DNA of 64,000 nucleotides from Amphiscolops sp. MND2022. Its lineage: Eukaryota. Made by a program: the position numbers and the translations under genes. The notes below the pieces were generated by a model. It made no database searches and was not told the DNA's origin. It was given only the letters and a program-made list of their open reading frames with translations. Of this stretch, positions 22,591 to 36,400 are shown one piece after another. Location: assembly GCA_964187785.1 (NCBI GenBank), contig OZ076409.1, positions 72,294,001 through 72,358,000 of the forward strand. The letters run 5' to 3'. How positions within the stretch are numbered: position 1 is the stretch's first letter; every line of letters starts with the position of its first letter.

Positions 22591-25500
22591 GTGGTTGGGG
22601 CGTTATTCCCCACAGGGGTCGCGGCCGCGGGGAGGGCCCCGACTGGCCGCGCTTATGGTGCAAGATTTATACCTACCGCAAGTGCGCAAAAAAAGTACGA
22701 AATCGGAAATGAACCATAGGATTTCCTTGAAACTTTGCACACAGGTAAAAGAGAAAATTCTAAGAACTTTTTCCTACTGGCACTTTTCCGAAAAAAAAGT
22801 CCTTCATGGTTTCTTTGGGTTTTTTTGGTTTTTTCTCATCTTTCTCATCTTTGATTAATCAATCACCGAATCAAAGGCCATTTTCAGCATGAAGGAATGC
22901 CGGTAGCAGCAAAGTGCACTTTTACAAAAATCATCAACGGTCAACGGTCTTTCGAACGGTCCAAAAAAATTTCCCCCGGGGGGCATCCAAAATGCCGAAA
23001 AGTGCCAAAATATTTTTTTGGTCTGAATCATTTTGATGAAATTGTTGATTTGAGCAGCAGGAACGGTCCGCACGGTCTCGGACCATAAGGTCAAAAATTG
23101 TCAGTGAGTTATGGTGACGACCAAAATGACATTGGTTGAGCTGTAGGAGGCCACTGAAAAAATTTGAATTTTTTGAGTCTACAGTCCGAGCTGAACTGTT
23201 ACGTATTATGAACTTTTCAGTACTATGTTGCCAATGACCGAGTACAGATAGGTGCATGGGTCAGCCTTATTGAAATGAACACTGGGCACTGGGCTACCGA
23301 CTGAGTGCAAAAATTATAGCCTAGTTGCTGTAGTGGAAGAAAAAAATTCTCAGAAGTGTCACTTTCAATTTGTCATGTTGACTCGGAGTTACAAAAAGGT
23401 GATTTTCTCGCCAACAACGGTCCGAACGGTCTTGGACCATAAGATCAAAAATTGTCACTGTGATATGGTGACGCCCAAAAACCCATCGGAACGAGCGTAG
23501 GATGCTTCTGAAAAAATTTCGAATTTTTACGTGGGCCCAAGAGTTATTGTGTTACATCGTAACAACATTTCGTGTATGCATATCTCCTGACAGCGTACAG
23601 ATAGCATCATGGGTCACCTTTTTGAAAGTGAACGTGGGCCACTGGTGTACTGCATGGTTATAAAAAATTTAGACTAAGTGCTGCATGGCGTGAATAATAT
23701 GCCAAGATGTGGTATTTACGATATTTTAGCACGACTCGGACTGACAAAAAGCCTATTTCTGCCCCAGCAACGGTCCGAACGGTCATCAAGTATAAGGTCA
23801 AAAAATGTCAGTGTGACATGATGGCGCCTAAAAACCCACCAGAACATTCGTAAGAAGCTTCTGAAAAAATTTCGAATTTTTACGTGGGCCCGAGAGTTAT
23901 GATGTTGCATTGAAGCAACATTTCGTGTATGCATATCTCCTGACAGAGTACAGATAGCATCATGGGTCACCTTTTCCAAAATAAACGTGGGCCACTGTTT
24001 TATCGAATGGTTGTAAAAAGTTTTCAATAAGTGCTGCATGGCGTGAAAAATATGCCAAGATGTGGTATTTAGCATTTTTTTCCACGACTCGGACTTACAA
24101 AAAGCCAATTTCTGCTCCACCAACGATCCGTACGGTTTTCGACCATAAGGTCAAAAAGTGTCAGTGTGCTATGGTGACGCCCAAAAACCCATCATTACAC
24201 TTCTAGAGTGCTTCTGAAAAAAAGTGACATTTTTAGGTGAGTCTGAGAGTTATAGAGAGTTATGTTGTCACATCGTAACTACATTTCGGGTATGTATATC
24301 TCCTGACAGAGTACAGATAGCAACATGGGTCATATTTTAAAAAGTAAACGTTGGCCACTGGCCTACCAATTGATGATAAAAAGTTTCCACCAGTTGCTAC
24401 AGGGAGTGATAAAAGTGCTTACATGGGTTATATAACATTTTTTCAGGCGACTCGGACTTACAAAAAGCTCATTTGCTCGCGAACAACGGTCTGTACGGTC
24501 TCCACTCATAGGGTCGAAAATTTTTCGTGGGCTATGGTGACGCTCAAATTTCCATCAGTTTACTTGTGGGTTGATTCTGTGAAAATTTATTGTTTTCGTG
24601 CAGACTATGTTACATATTACATTGGGAACCGTGTTTTTTTCTCACCAAAATACTGTTTTTGAGTGCCCAAAAACAATTTTTAAAGCCCAGTAGTCACCTA
24701 AAATGTTCTTTTGCATAACATGGGATGTGAATAACGTGAAGAAAGTGCTCACTGTGGATTTGGAGTTATCTCGAGAAAATCAGCTGCCATTAGACGTTAC
24801 ATTACAGAAAATCGTACCTTACATATCGATTCATGGGTTGAGTCAAAAACAGCTAAAGTTCTTTTTCAGTCAATCAAGACTCTTTTTTGTTCACAACCAA
24901 GTGTACAGCTGACGTCGAACCTATTTTGACCTTCCACAATGGTTATAATGCGATTTTGAGGCACAAAAGCCTCGTTGACAAACAAAATTCCAAGATGAAA
25001 TTGTCTTCCAAATCATTTTTTGAAGTATAGGAACGCCAGTTTTTGCCGACAAACATCAAATACCCACTTCTCTTGGCCCAGTGGCTTGTGAAAAATACAA
25101 CTTGGTATTGACAGGCCACATGGACTGTAATTCGAGTAGTCATGTGCCGCAACATTTACTACACGGTAGCAAAATTCGTTGAAATATGATGCAACATCAC
25201 ATTTTTGGTGGACTCGAATTGTCAAAATGGAGCTTCAGTAGCAACTATTGGCTACTAGTGCAACTCACTGGCACTGTATGTTAGGAAAATGATGTTTACA
25301 GTAGTTTCATGCTATTTTTTTAGAGTCTGAGGTACCTAAAAATATCATACTGAATAGACATATGACTTCAACATCGGAATTTTTCAGGACGTGTCACCAC
25401 TTTTTTGGTATCAGCGGTCCTACTAACACTGTTTTTGCTCTAACACTAAACCCGAGGATCAACCAAAGTGTATACCAGACTTGGAAAATCAATGCAAGGA

Positions 25501-27304
25501 CTTTCGACATGTTAAAAGTACTGATGAGAAGAGATACTTCTCAAAAATTCATGTTATGTGTCATATTCCATTCCACATTTTTTAATCGGTGCTTGTCGGA
25601 TACAGTATTACCGCTTATCAACAAGCTTACTGACAAAAAAGAACTTGTTAACAGTTATTAAAAGTATTTATAATACCACCATGCTCGGTCTTGGCAGATT
25701 TTTCATCGCATTCGTTCTCAACGTGTAAATGTTATTTCGCAAAAACCCAATTTTTGTCAGGTCGAAAATCGAATTTTCGTGTTTTGATCAACATTATTGT
25801 GTCTGACGTAACCTCTGGCCTCCAAAATACTAAAAAACAAAAGTATGACTGGTATCAAATGCTTCAGTAACATGTGGGGCACGTTAACACGTTTTGCAAA
25901 GAAAAATTCAACTGTGAAGTGAAAATTTGGAAGACATATTGTGTCAATAAAAACTGAATACATGAAAAACGTACCTAATTCCCGTCAATTACTATTGATG
26001 TAGTAACTGTGTTTCGAATTTGAGGTTTATAGAGGGGTGTATGGGAAAACTGTGGCGCATAAAGCGTTGTCCATAACAAAGTTTTTCCTATAACTACTAT
26101 TGTGTTCTCAAAAGTTTCACTATATTTCACATATTTTCAGAATGTGAATGATGCTATCCAGTAATGGAAAACCTGTGTCGACTCCCCTTTAGTGGACTCA
26201 ACAGTCCTGAAAATCACAGACATACATCACGTTTCTTTATTATACGATCGAGGCTACAGAATAATTTATTTTCGCCATTGGCTGATGACTGAATTTTCTG
26301 ATAGCCTTCCAAGTTGGCCTTGTGTCAACCTGGGAAGGCTATCAGTACAAAAAACAAAGAGCACAGCTTGTTTTTGCTTCTAATTTACCTGTTATTTCCG
26401 TTAGGATTCTATGGTACCGTTTCATTATTGCATGTGGTCAACAGAAGACAATTACTGTCTTGACATGCATTGAGAAAAAAAGTTAGATTTTAGTTGAAAA
26501 GACCTTGAAACTACTGCGCAATTCATGCAATTCATCCAAACACTTCAATCATTTCATTAATTTGTGTCCCATTGAGCGTCACGAACCACTATACTCCCTT
26601 TAACTGACAGTACAAAGACACATCATCCTTTGACCGTCCACAGTCGGAAGGCGTGGCGAGGCACGCCTTTCGAAGACCTTTGGCAAAAAAGTACTAACGT
26701 CCGTTCGTGACGCATACAAAAAACTATTTTATTTTCAAATATCGTCAAAACGGCTTTTCGTAACATTAGTGCAATGATACCTTTATCAGTGAAATATTAA
26801 GTTATACATAGGTAACTGCAGTAACTTCGTGATTACCAAAGTGATATCAAAATGTTGTTACATAAATACTTCTGACACAGCGGAATTCCGAAGTGTCTTT
26901 AGGCACCTTTTCTGTGCTCGTTAGGAAAGCGAGCATTTTTGCTTGGACCAAACATGCTCGTATCAGACTTGCCGGTCATGTGAAGGCAAGTAACGGAATC
27001 GAAACAATGTTCCTCATCAACTTTTTGGTAGGGTCAGAAACACAATGTTTCCTTTTTAATGTCCCCCAATTGTTTGTTAGCTTCTGTTCCTAGGGAATTG
27101 TTTCTGCTCAGACCAAAATATAGCAAGTTATCCACTATGCCTGATATCGGTTTTGCCCCACACAGAACTATAACCTAACATTTTTGTATGTTGATATCTT
27201 TCTACCCCGTAGTTCAACAACTCATGCATCTTCATTTCTTCTTCAACAACTAACTCGCCACCTCCTTGTCGTCGTCTCGTGGTTTGTTTAGCCTCCAGCG
27301 CTAG
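22591..27304 (+). mobile_element. U12: 4714-bp unit, family A long form
   Basis: Diverged sister of U5 with a different first ~120 bp. Sub-repeats at ~23060-24600; hairpin at 26298-26345. Confidence 0.65.
23060..24600. repeat. Internal diverged tandem repeat, period ~355 bp
   Basis: Same AACGGTCCG-anchored sub-repeat as in U4 and U5. Confidence 0.85.
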
Positions 27305-27468
27305 GTGGTCGTTAGCATGGGATTTTCTTTATGAGCGTAGTCCACTTTTTTTAGGCCGGGGTAGGGTCCCGGGCCGTTACCAATTTGTGGTCGTTAGCAT
27401 GGGATTTTCTTTATGAGCGTAGTCCACTTTTTTTAGGCCGGGGTAGGGTCCCGGGCCGTTACCAATTT
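27305..27468 (+). repeat. Exact 82-bp tandem duplication of the unit head
   Basis: 27305-27386 equals 27387-27468; both copies begin GTGGTCGTTAGC. Confidence 0.92.
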
Positions 27469-28664
27469 CTTACGGAGGAAAAATGTGAAAATCTGCGAGT
27501 TTAAAAAATTGGCCCGTACGATTTGGCTGAAAATTGGCATACAGCATCGTCTTGGTAAACAAATGACTTTGTCCTAGTGACATTTTGCCCAGAAAATTCA
27601 AAAAGTTGGTCAAATTGAAAATTTTTTGACCGTCTAAGGCTAAAATTTGACTTTTTCGCTTTTTTTGGTCAATTTCCTCAGAACTGGTTGATTTTGGTGA
27701 AGTAAGTCATAAGAGGTTATAAGGTCTGCAAATAGCCATCAATTGGCTTGCATAATCAGATTTTGTCAAAAGTGTTTAGTTTTTTCAAAATTTCACACTT
27801 TTTTTTCATTTCAGTGTTTTTTGATACAATTTATTGAATTTTTACTAAGTTCCACTAAATATTTTTAAAATGTTTTTAAAAAACCTTTTTTTGCACGTTT
27901 TTGATGTTTTTTGCTCTCCCATATAGGTTTTCGCATACGGGGAACCTGAATCTGACAACGAAATAATTTTATTCCGCAGTTCAACTTACGCCATTTTTAA
28001 TAGTGAAAAATCACTCATTTTCAATCTAACGAGTGAAAATATCAGAATTTAAAAACCTAAAGTTGAGTTTAAGGCGACTTACAGGTAGAAACAAATGCTC
28101 AGAAACAAACTGATTTCTTGTATTAGCTAAAGAAAGCCTTTAAAATTCTTTTTACTTTCTTTAAATCAAAATTCGACACTTTTCATGAAAGTTGTCAGTG
28201 GAAAAAATTTATCATTTTTTAAATTAAAAACTTGCTTTGTTGGTCATTTCCGTTAGTCATTAGTAGCTGTGTAATGCTCCAAAGCCTTTCAAGTTCTTTT
28301 GACCCTATTTGAAAATTTTTGATACTGCATAATCAATCCGAGAGAACGAAACAGTTGTGTACATTCCATCTCCCTCTTGGGGGAGATGAGAATGTACTTC
28401 CTAAAGTCTAGGTACTACAGATCATATTTGGTTTTATGCGACGCCCTCTATGCTAGTGCATATAAATACAAGTTGTTTGGCTGGATTTTGCTTCTGACTT
28501 GACGTATACTGTACGTTTGGTACTGACAATACCCATCATTTACATAACAAACGTCAACGCCACATACCCTTACCAACGCCCATAGTCCGTAGGCATGCCG
28601 AGGCATGCCTTTCGACGACGCGCGCCAAACACAAGCGCGCCCGCACTTTTGCGGTAGCGGCTAG
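27305..28664 (+). mobile_element. U13: 1360-bp unit (1278 bp without the head duplication), family D-like
   Basis: Head duplicated; GTACATT-type hairpin at 28359-28397; palindrome variant AGGCATGCCGAGGCATGCCT at 28591-28610; CTAG end. Confidence 0.55.
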
Positions 28665-31600
28665 GTGGGCGGGGGTAATTCCCCAACAAAAAAATCGGCC
28701 GGCGGGTCGGGTCCTGCCGGCCGTCCAAAATCAAAATCCTCCTAGTAGAAAACGGCCGGTCAAACGAGCTATTTTTTTATTTAACCGTTAGAATTTGGGT
28801 TTAGATTGCATGCGGCCATGAAATGGCCATACGAATGGAAGTTCCTGCTGACGTTTTGCGATTGAAACACTTTATAAAAAGTTATGGCCAATTTGTCATT
28901 CACCTAGAAGGGCAAAATGAGGAAAATTTTAACAAAGTCACTGATAACTCAAAATGTAATAATTTTTGGACTTTGACAGTGGAACAAGCTTGGAACTGTC
29001 ATTTCGTGGCTGTGGCATTGCACTGAACACAAAAGATGTAAAGTATTCACATTTTTTGAAAATTCGACATTTTTGAATTTTTTTTCACTACTATCAGTAC
29101 ACTATATGTCAAAAACGCCTCTGAAAAAAATTTTTATTTGCTTAAAATTAGAAACCTTGGTATCCATGGTTTCCGTCAGTACCTACTCGCTGCCAAACGC
29201 TCAACAGTTTGCATCCAATGTGAAAATATAATTTTTTTCGAGGTCATAGGTGTTTCACAAGGATTTCTCAACTTAGTATCTATTTACAAATTGGTCATTT
29301 TGAACACATTATTTTCATCGAAGCGTGTCAGATACCACCCTAATGCTCACGAATGGGCCTACTGGCAACGTTGGAACCATTTTTAGTAATAGAAAGTATT
29401 AAAAAAATATTTTCACCCGGTCTTCAGTCATTTTTCAGACATTCGGTACTTAACTTAGAAAAATTTCGCATCAAAAACCCATATTTGGTAGGGTCGAAAT
29501 TTGAAATTCAGTTTTTTATGCAAAATTATTAACTCTGACGTAACCAGTGGAGCCCATGATACTCAAAAACACGATTGGGACTGGTATCAGTGGCTCCAAT
29601 AACATATGAGCCGCGATAAGACGTTATTCAGAGCAAACGCTCTAAATCGAAGTAAACATCTCTGAAGCCTGGGATCACAGTGAAATGTGATATCACAAAA
29701 AGTTTACTCTTTTTTGTCAATCACTATGTACACAGAGTGCGTAGGGTGAGTTTCAGGACTATAATGAGGTTTTTGAAGTAATCGCGCTGCTCAAGGGGTG
29801 GTATGAGACTATTTTTTCCCATATGCTACTACATTTCCATAAATTTGCAGTCCATTGTCTTGGAAAGATAACTTCACAAAAACAATTTTTCTACTCTATT
29901 CAGTTATTAGAATAAAGTTGAACACTGTGGTTGATCAGAAATGCTCAATTCTTTTGGTTTTTAAAAAAATTCCTTCGCATTCGTTACATTTGTGGAAGGA
30001 AGGTTATCAGTAGCTCCAAAAAAACGAAATTTAGCACGAACAGACATGCAACGATGCAAAGCAAAAACGTTTTTACAACTTCCGACGTCGTTATTTTACC
30101 CAAGAAGTTCGAAAATATCATTCGCAATGCTGTCATTCGCTATATATACGATCGCGGTCAATTTACAAACATTTAGATTTCATTGTTCTGCTTGAAAACC
30201 AATTTTTGTCAGGTCGAAATTTTAAATTTTGCCTGGGGAGCAATACCCTTCACGCTGAAGTAAACAGTGGGGCCCAAGTTACTCAAAAACAAGAAAGAGA
30301 CTGCTACAATATGTCCTAATAACATATGGACCACGATAGTACGTTTTTCACACAAAAAACTCTCATCCGAAGTAAATATGTTGAAAGCTTTTAATCACCG
30401 TGAGAAGTGATTTCATCAAAAAATAACTCTTTTTTGTCAATCACTATTTACACAGAACTTGTAAAGTTAGTTTGAGTCATGAAATGAGGCTTTACCGTAA
30501 TATGGGTTGCTCAAGGTGTTATATAAGACAAAAACTTCCTCTTTTCTACTAGCTTCTTCAAATATTTCAACCCTTTGTCACAATAAGTTAATATTCAAAA
30601 TCTCTTTGAAATGTATCTTTATGTTGGGGTGAAGTCTAAGAACAATAACTATGATCGAAGAATGCTAGTACTGGTGTTTGAACCATGTCCGGATGAACAA
30701 ATCACAAAATCATCAAAAAATTGTTCCCTTTTTTGGTTATTTTGGCAGTACTAAAAATGTTAGCCGATAAATAATTTTTTCGATGGCACCATTGGATTCC
30801 TCTCAAAAAGTTGATTATATGACCTGTGTAATAACCCCGTATCTTTTCAATTTAAATATATTTAAAAAGCCAACTATTTTGACCAAAATCCTAAAAATCA
30901 TACCATTTCCTAAAAATATTCAAATGCACCCCATTTGACGTATAAGATAAGCACAGAAAACTATCATATACCGATCAACTCTACTCCTATTGTAGATTGT
31001 TAGAATTTCGTTTAGATTGAATTTTGATGAATATTAAAAAAAATTTGAACCCTCCAAAAATGGGCCAAAATTACACGAAAAAATTGACCTTAAAATACCA
31101 AAATGTCAAAAAATCATCAAAACCCAGGCTTCTTGGGGTTCTATCAACTCCGCGTGGTCCACAGAGTATGCTAAAACAGGTTTTACCCGTTTTTGAGCAA
31201 TATGTGAAAAAACCGACATTTTTGGGAAAGAAAAACATACCATTTCCTAAAAAAATTCAAATGCACGTCATTTGCCGTATTAGAATAGCACAGAAAACTA
31301 TCACATACCAATCAACTCTACTTTCATTGCAGATTAACAGAATTTTGTTTAGAATAAATTTTACCGGATAATAAAAAAATTTGAATCATTCAAAAATGGG
31401 CCAAAAATACACGAAAAAATGGACCTTAAAAATTTAAAATGTCAAAAAATCATCAAAACAACAGCTTCTTGGGGTTCTATCAACTCCACGAGGTCCACAG
31501 AGTATGCTAAAACAGGTTTTACCCGTTTTTGAGCAATATGTGAAAAAGCCGACATTTTTGGGAAAGAAAAACATACCATTTCCTAAAAAAATTCAAATGC

Positions 31601-33424
31601 ACGCCATTTGCCGTATGAAAATAGCACAGAAAACTATCACATACCAATCAACTCTACTTTCATTGCAGATGAACAGAATTTTGTTTAGAATAAATTTTAC
31701 CGGATAATAAAAAAATTTGATTCCTTCTAAAATGGGCCAAAATTACACGAAAAATTGGACCTTAAAATTTTAAAATGTCAAAAAATCATCAAAACTACGG
31801 CTTCTTGGGGTTCTATCAACTCCACGTGGTCCACAGAGTATGCTTAACCCGGTTTTACCCATCTTTGAGCAAAATGTGAAAATACCGACATTTTTGGAAA
31901 AGAAAAACATGCCATTTTCTAATAAATTTCAAATGCACGCCATTTGCTGTATGAGAATAACACAGAAAGCTGTCACATACCGATCAACTCTACTTCCATT
32001 GTAGATTATCAGAAGTTTGTTTAGAATAAATTTTGAAGGATAATAAAAAAATTTGAATCCATCAAAAATGGGCCAAAATTACACGAAAAAATTGACCTTA
32101 AAATATCAAAATGTCAAAAAATCATCAAAACCACAATTTCTTGGCGTTCTATCAACTCCATGTGATACCAAACCAGGTACTGCCAATCGTTTGAGTTATA
32201 ATAAAAAAACGTCTTTTTTGGCAAGAATTCCATCCCATAAATAATAATCATGTTCCATATAAGAAGCGAATCATTTCAGATATATACCCTGTTCATTTTT
32301 TTAATATTACCGATTATTAATTTAATAGATGTTTTGAATGTGAGCTTCCTAAAAGGTTCAGGTGTGATGATACGTAAATAGAACCTTAGTTTCATCGAAA
32401 TCTCAATTGAATATGTCCAATCTTAACCATCAGATAACAAGAAACACTTAAGTACATTCCATCTCCCCATCGGGGGAGATGAGAATGTACTTTCGAGAAG
32501 CCAAATACGTCCAACATTCAAACTTTTGTAACTTTGTATGTAACTCCTGAAACGAAGAAGAAAAAAAATTGTTTCTGGTACATACATGAGTCTTTACTTC
32601 AGCTTCTATTTCTGCTGAACAAAACCATTCGACTCTTTTGCCGGAGTTAAGATCGATTGTTTTACCCAGTGAACAAAGGCATGACTGAAAACGTTTACTA
32701 CTTTGTTCATAATTTTCCGGCCTTCCGAAATGATGAAACGTCCACATAACTAAGATAGCAAGTGAATGACTGCGAAATGCACCTTATTAGATGAGGTAAA
32801 TAACGTGTAAAACTCTCCTTTATCCTAACATGAGGTTGAGTAATGATCATTTGAGAATAGTTTGATATGTGAATACAATAGTATAAAACAAGTACATTTT
32901 ATATGAATAACGCCGTGGAAACCGTTCAGAAAGGACAGTAGGCTTGTTTGGAACATGTATGTGTGGTGTCCCTTGGTGGCGTTCGCTTAGTGTATATGTC
33001 GAGGGGTTTTCGAGTTGTTATGATAGAATTTACACACAAGTCTTTTGTTTTTTGGTTTTTTTAAAATGTCGTTAAGTACCTGCATTCTATCCCCTTCTCA
33101 GAGATGACGTGAAGTTACGTTTGCTAAATAAATGTCATCGAAAGATCACACTCCCGACGAAATTAACTATCTTAACACGTGTTTAGAATTTTAAATAAAC
33201 AACTGTATAAGATTTTTATATGTCATTGAGTTTGATGAAGTCTTTTGTTCTTCTCACTACTATTTCAACCAATACACATATCCGTTACCATATCACATGT
33301 CTCCATTAGTACAACGCCACATAGCGTTCCGACGCCCACAGTCTGTGGGCATGCCGAGGCATGCCCTTCGACGACGTATGGCGAATGGAGCCATGCCCGC
33401 CGTCTTTACGGCGGTAGCGGCTAG
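28665..33424 (+). mobile_element. U14: 4760-bp unit, family B long form (variant 2)
   Basis: Body near-identical to U19. Hairpin at 32450-32492; terminal hairpin CCGCCGT-CTTT-ACGGCGG then CTAG. Confidence 0.65.
30895..32230. repeat. Internal tandem repeat, ~4 x 336 bp
   Basis: Same sub-repeat as 790-2130. Confidence 0.88.
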
Positions 33425-36400
33425 GTGGGCGGGGGTAATTCCCCAACAAAAAATTCGGCCGGCGGGTTGGGTCCTGCCGGCCGTCCAAAATCAAAAATAT
33501 ACTAGTAGAAAACGGCCGGTCAAACGAGCTATTTTTTTATTTAACCGTTAGAATTTGGGTTTAGATTGCATGCGGCCATGAAATGGCCATACGAATCGAA
33601 GTTCCTGCTGACGTTTTGCGATTGAAACACTTTATAAAAAGTTATGGCCAATTTGTCAGTCACCTAGAAGGGCAAAATGAGGAAAATTTTAACAAAGTCG
33701 CTGATAACTCAAAATGTGTTATTTTTTGGACTTTGACTGTGAAACAAGCTTGGAACCTTCATTTCGTGGCTGTGGCATTGCACTGAACGCAAAAGATGTA
33801 AAGTTTTTACATTTTTTGAAAATTTGACATTTTTGAAATTTTTTTCACTACTATCAGTACCATATATGTCAAAAACACCTCAGAAAAAAAATTTTATTTG
33901 CTTTAACTTGGAAACCTTGGTATCCATGGTTTCTGTCGGAACCTACTCGCAACCAAACGACCAACAGTTTGCATCCAATGTGAAAATAAAAAATTTTTCT
34001 GGGTCATAAGCGTTTCACAAGGATTTCTCAACTTAGTATTAATTTACAAAATGGTCATTTTGAACACAATATTTTCATCGAGGCTTGTCGGCTATAGCCT
34101 TAATGTTCTAGAACGGTCCCACTGGCAACGTAGGAACCATTTATAGTAATAGAAAGTTTAAAAAATATATTATCACCCTGTCTTCAGTCATTTTTCTGTC
34201 ATTCGGAACTTAACTTAGAAAAATTTCGTCCAAAATACCCATTTTTTGACAGATCGAAAATTCAAATTCAACTTTTTAAGCAAAATTGTTAACTCTGACG
34301 TAACCAGTGGGGCTCATGATACTCAAAAACACGATTGGGACTGGTACCAATGGCTCCAATATCATATGAGCCGCGATAAGACGTTATTTTGAGCAATACG
34401 TCTCAATTGAGGGAAACATCTCGCAAGCCTGGGATCACAGTTAAAAGTGATTTCGTCAAAAATTTACTCTTTTTCGTCAATCACTATGTACACAGAGTGC
34501 GTAGGGTGAGTTTCAGCACTATAATGCGGTTTTTGAAGGAATCGGTCTGCTCAAGGGGTGGTATGAGACATTTTTTTTCATGTAGTACTATATTTCTCAA
34601 AACTTTTAGCCCATTATCTCGAAAAGCTCACTTCGCAAATTACTTTCAGTTACTCTATTCGAAGCTTAGAATATATATGAACACTGTGGTTGATCAGAAA
34701 CTCTTGACTATTTTGTTTTTGGAAAAAAACTGCCTTGCATGTGTTACATTAGTGGCAGGAAAAATACCAGTAGCTCCAAAAATCACAATTTTGGACGGAC
34801 AGACCTGCAATGATGCAAAGCAAAAACGTTTCAACAACTTCTGGCGCCACTTTTTTTACCCAAGAGGTTCGAAATTACTATTAACAATGCTGACATTCGC
34901 TATAAATAAGATCGAGGTCAATTTACTAACACTTAGGTTATACATTTATATCTGAGAAACCATTCTTTGTCAGGTCGCAATTTTAAATTTAGTTTGGGAA
35001 ACAATACTTTTCACTCTGAAGCAAACCGTTGGGCCCAAATTACTCAAAAACTACAAAAAGACTGTCACCATATGCCCTAATAGCATATGAGATTCGACCG
35101 TTCGTTTTTAACACAAAAACTCTCATCCGAAGTAAACATGTTGAAAGCCTTGAATCACCGTGAGAAATGATTTCATCAAAAAATATTCCTTTTTCGTCAA
35201 TCTTTATCTACACAGAACACGTTGTGTCATTTTCAGCCGTGAAATGAGCTTCTACCGTAATATGGGTTGCTCAAGGTGTTGTATAAGACAAAAACTTCCT
35301 CTTTTCTACTATCTTCTTCAAATATTTCAACCCTTTGTCACAAGAAGTTAATATTCAAAATCTCTTTGAAATGTTTCTTTAGGTTGGGGTGAAGTGTTAG
35401 AACAATAATTATGATCGAAGAATGATAGTATTGGTGTTTGGACCATGTCCGGATGAACAAATTGCAAAATCATGAAAAATTTCTTACCATTTTTGGTCAT
35501 TTTGTCAGTACTAAAAATGTTAGCTGAAAAAGAATTTTTTTGATGGCACCATTGGATTCCTCTCAAAAAGTTAGCTATATGAACTGTGTAATAACCCCGT
35601 ATCTTTTCAATTTAAATAATTTTAAAAAGCAAACTTTTTTGACTAAAATCCTAAAAATCATACCATTTCCTAAAAAATTTCAAATGCCCCCCATTTGACG
35701 TATAAGAATAGCACAGAAAACTATCACATACCGATCGACTCTACTTCCATTGTAGATTACCAGAATTTTGTTTAGAACAATTTTTGACGGATGCAAAAAA
35801 AATTTAAACCCTCCAAAAAAGGGCCAAAATTACACGAAAAAATTGACCTTAAAATTTTAAAATGTCGAAAAATCATCAAAACCACAGCTTCTTGGGGTTC
35901 TATCAACTCCACGTGGTCCACAGAGTATGTTAAAACAAGTTTTACCCGTATTTGAGCAATATGTGAAAAAGCCGACTTTTTTGGGAATGAAAAACATACC
36001 ATTTCCTAAAAAATTTCAAACGCACCCCATTTGACGTATAAGAATAGCACAGAAAACTATCACATACCGATCGACTCTACTTCCATTGTAGGTTACCAGA
36101 ATCTTGTTTAGAACAATTGTTGACGGATGCAAAAAAAAATTAAACCCTCCAAAAATGGGCCAAAATTACACGAAAAAATTGACCTTAAATTTTTAAAATG
36201 TCAAAAAATCATCAAAACCACAGCTTCTTGGGGTTCTATCAACTCCACGTGGTCCACAGAGTATGCTAAAACAGGTTTTACCTGTTTCTGAGCTATATGT
36301 GAAAAAACCGACATTTTGGGGAAGAAAAACATACCATTTCTTAAAAAATTTCAAATGCACGCCATTTGCCGTATGAGAATAGCACAGAAAACTATCACAT

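Noticed and set aside
28696..28723. HDV-like ribozyme suggested by GGCCGGC
   Set aside because: The sequence forms a simple hairpin. I could not build the nested double pseudoknot, and the stem sequence is not conserved across families.
28696..28750. Alternative Helitron 3' end at the head hairpin followed by CTAG|T (e.g. CCTAGTAG at ~28742)
   Set aside because: It is present only in most B heads and U2. Neighbour switches and the 82-bp duplication all map to CTRG|GTGG instead.
34389..34955. 188-aa ORF and the other 60-136-aa ORFs
   Set aside because: It is frameshifted in the sister unit (49894-50187 plus 50184-50462). The peptides are K/F/I-rich translations of A/T tracts, recur only because the DNA repeats, and show no HUH, helicase, recombinase, RT or transposase motif.
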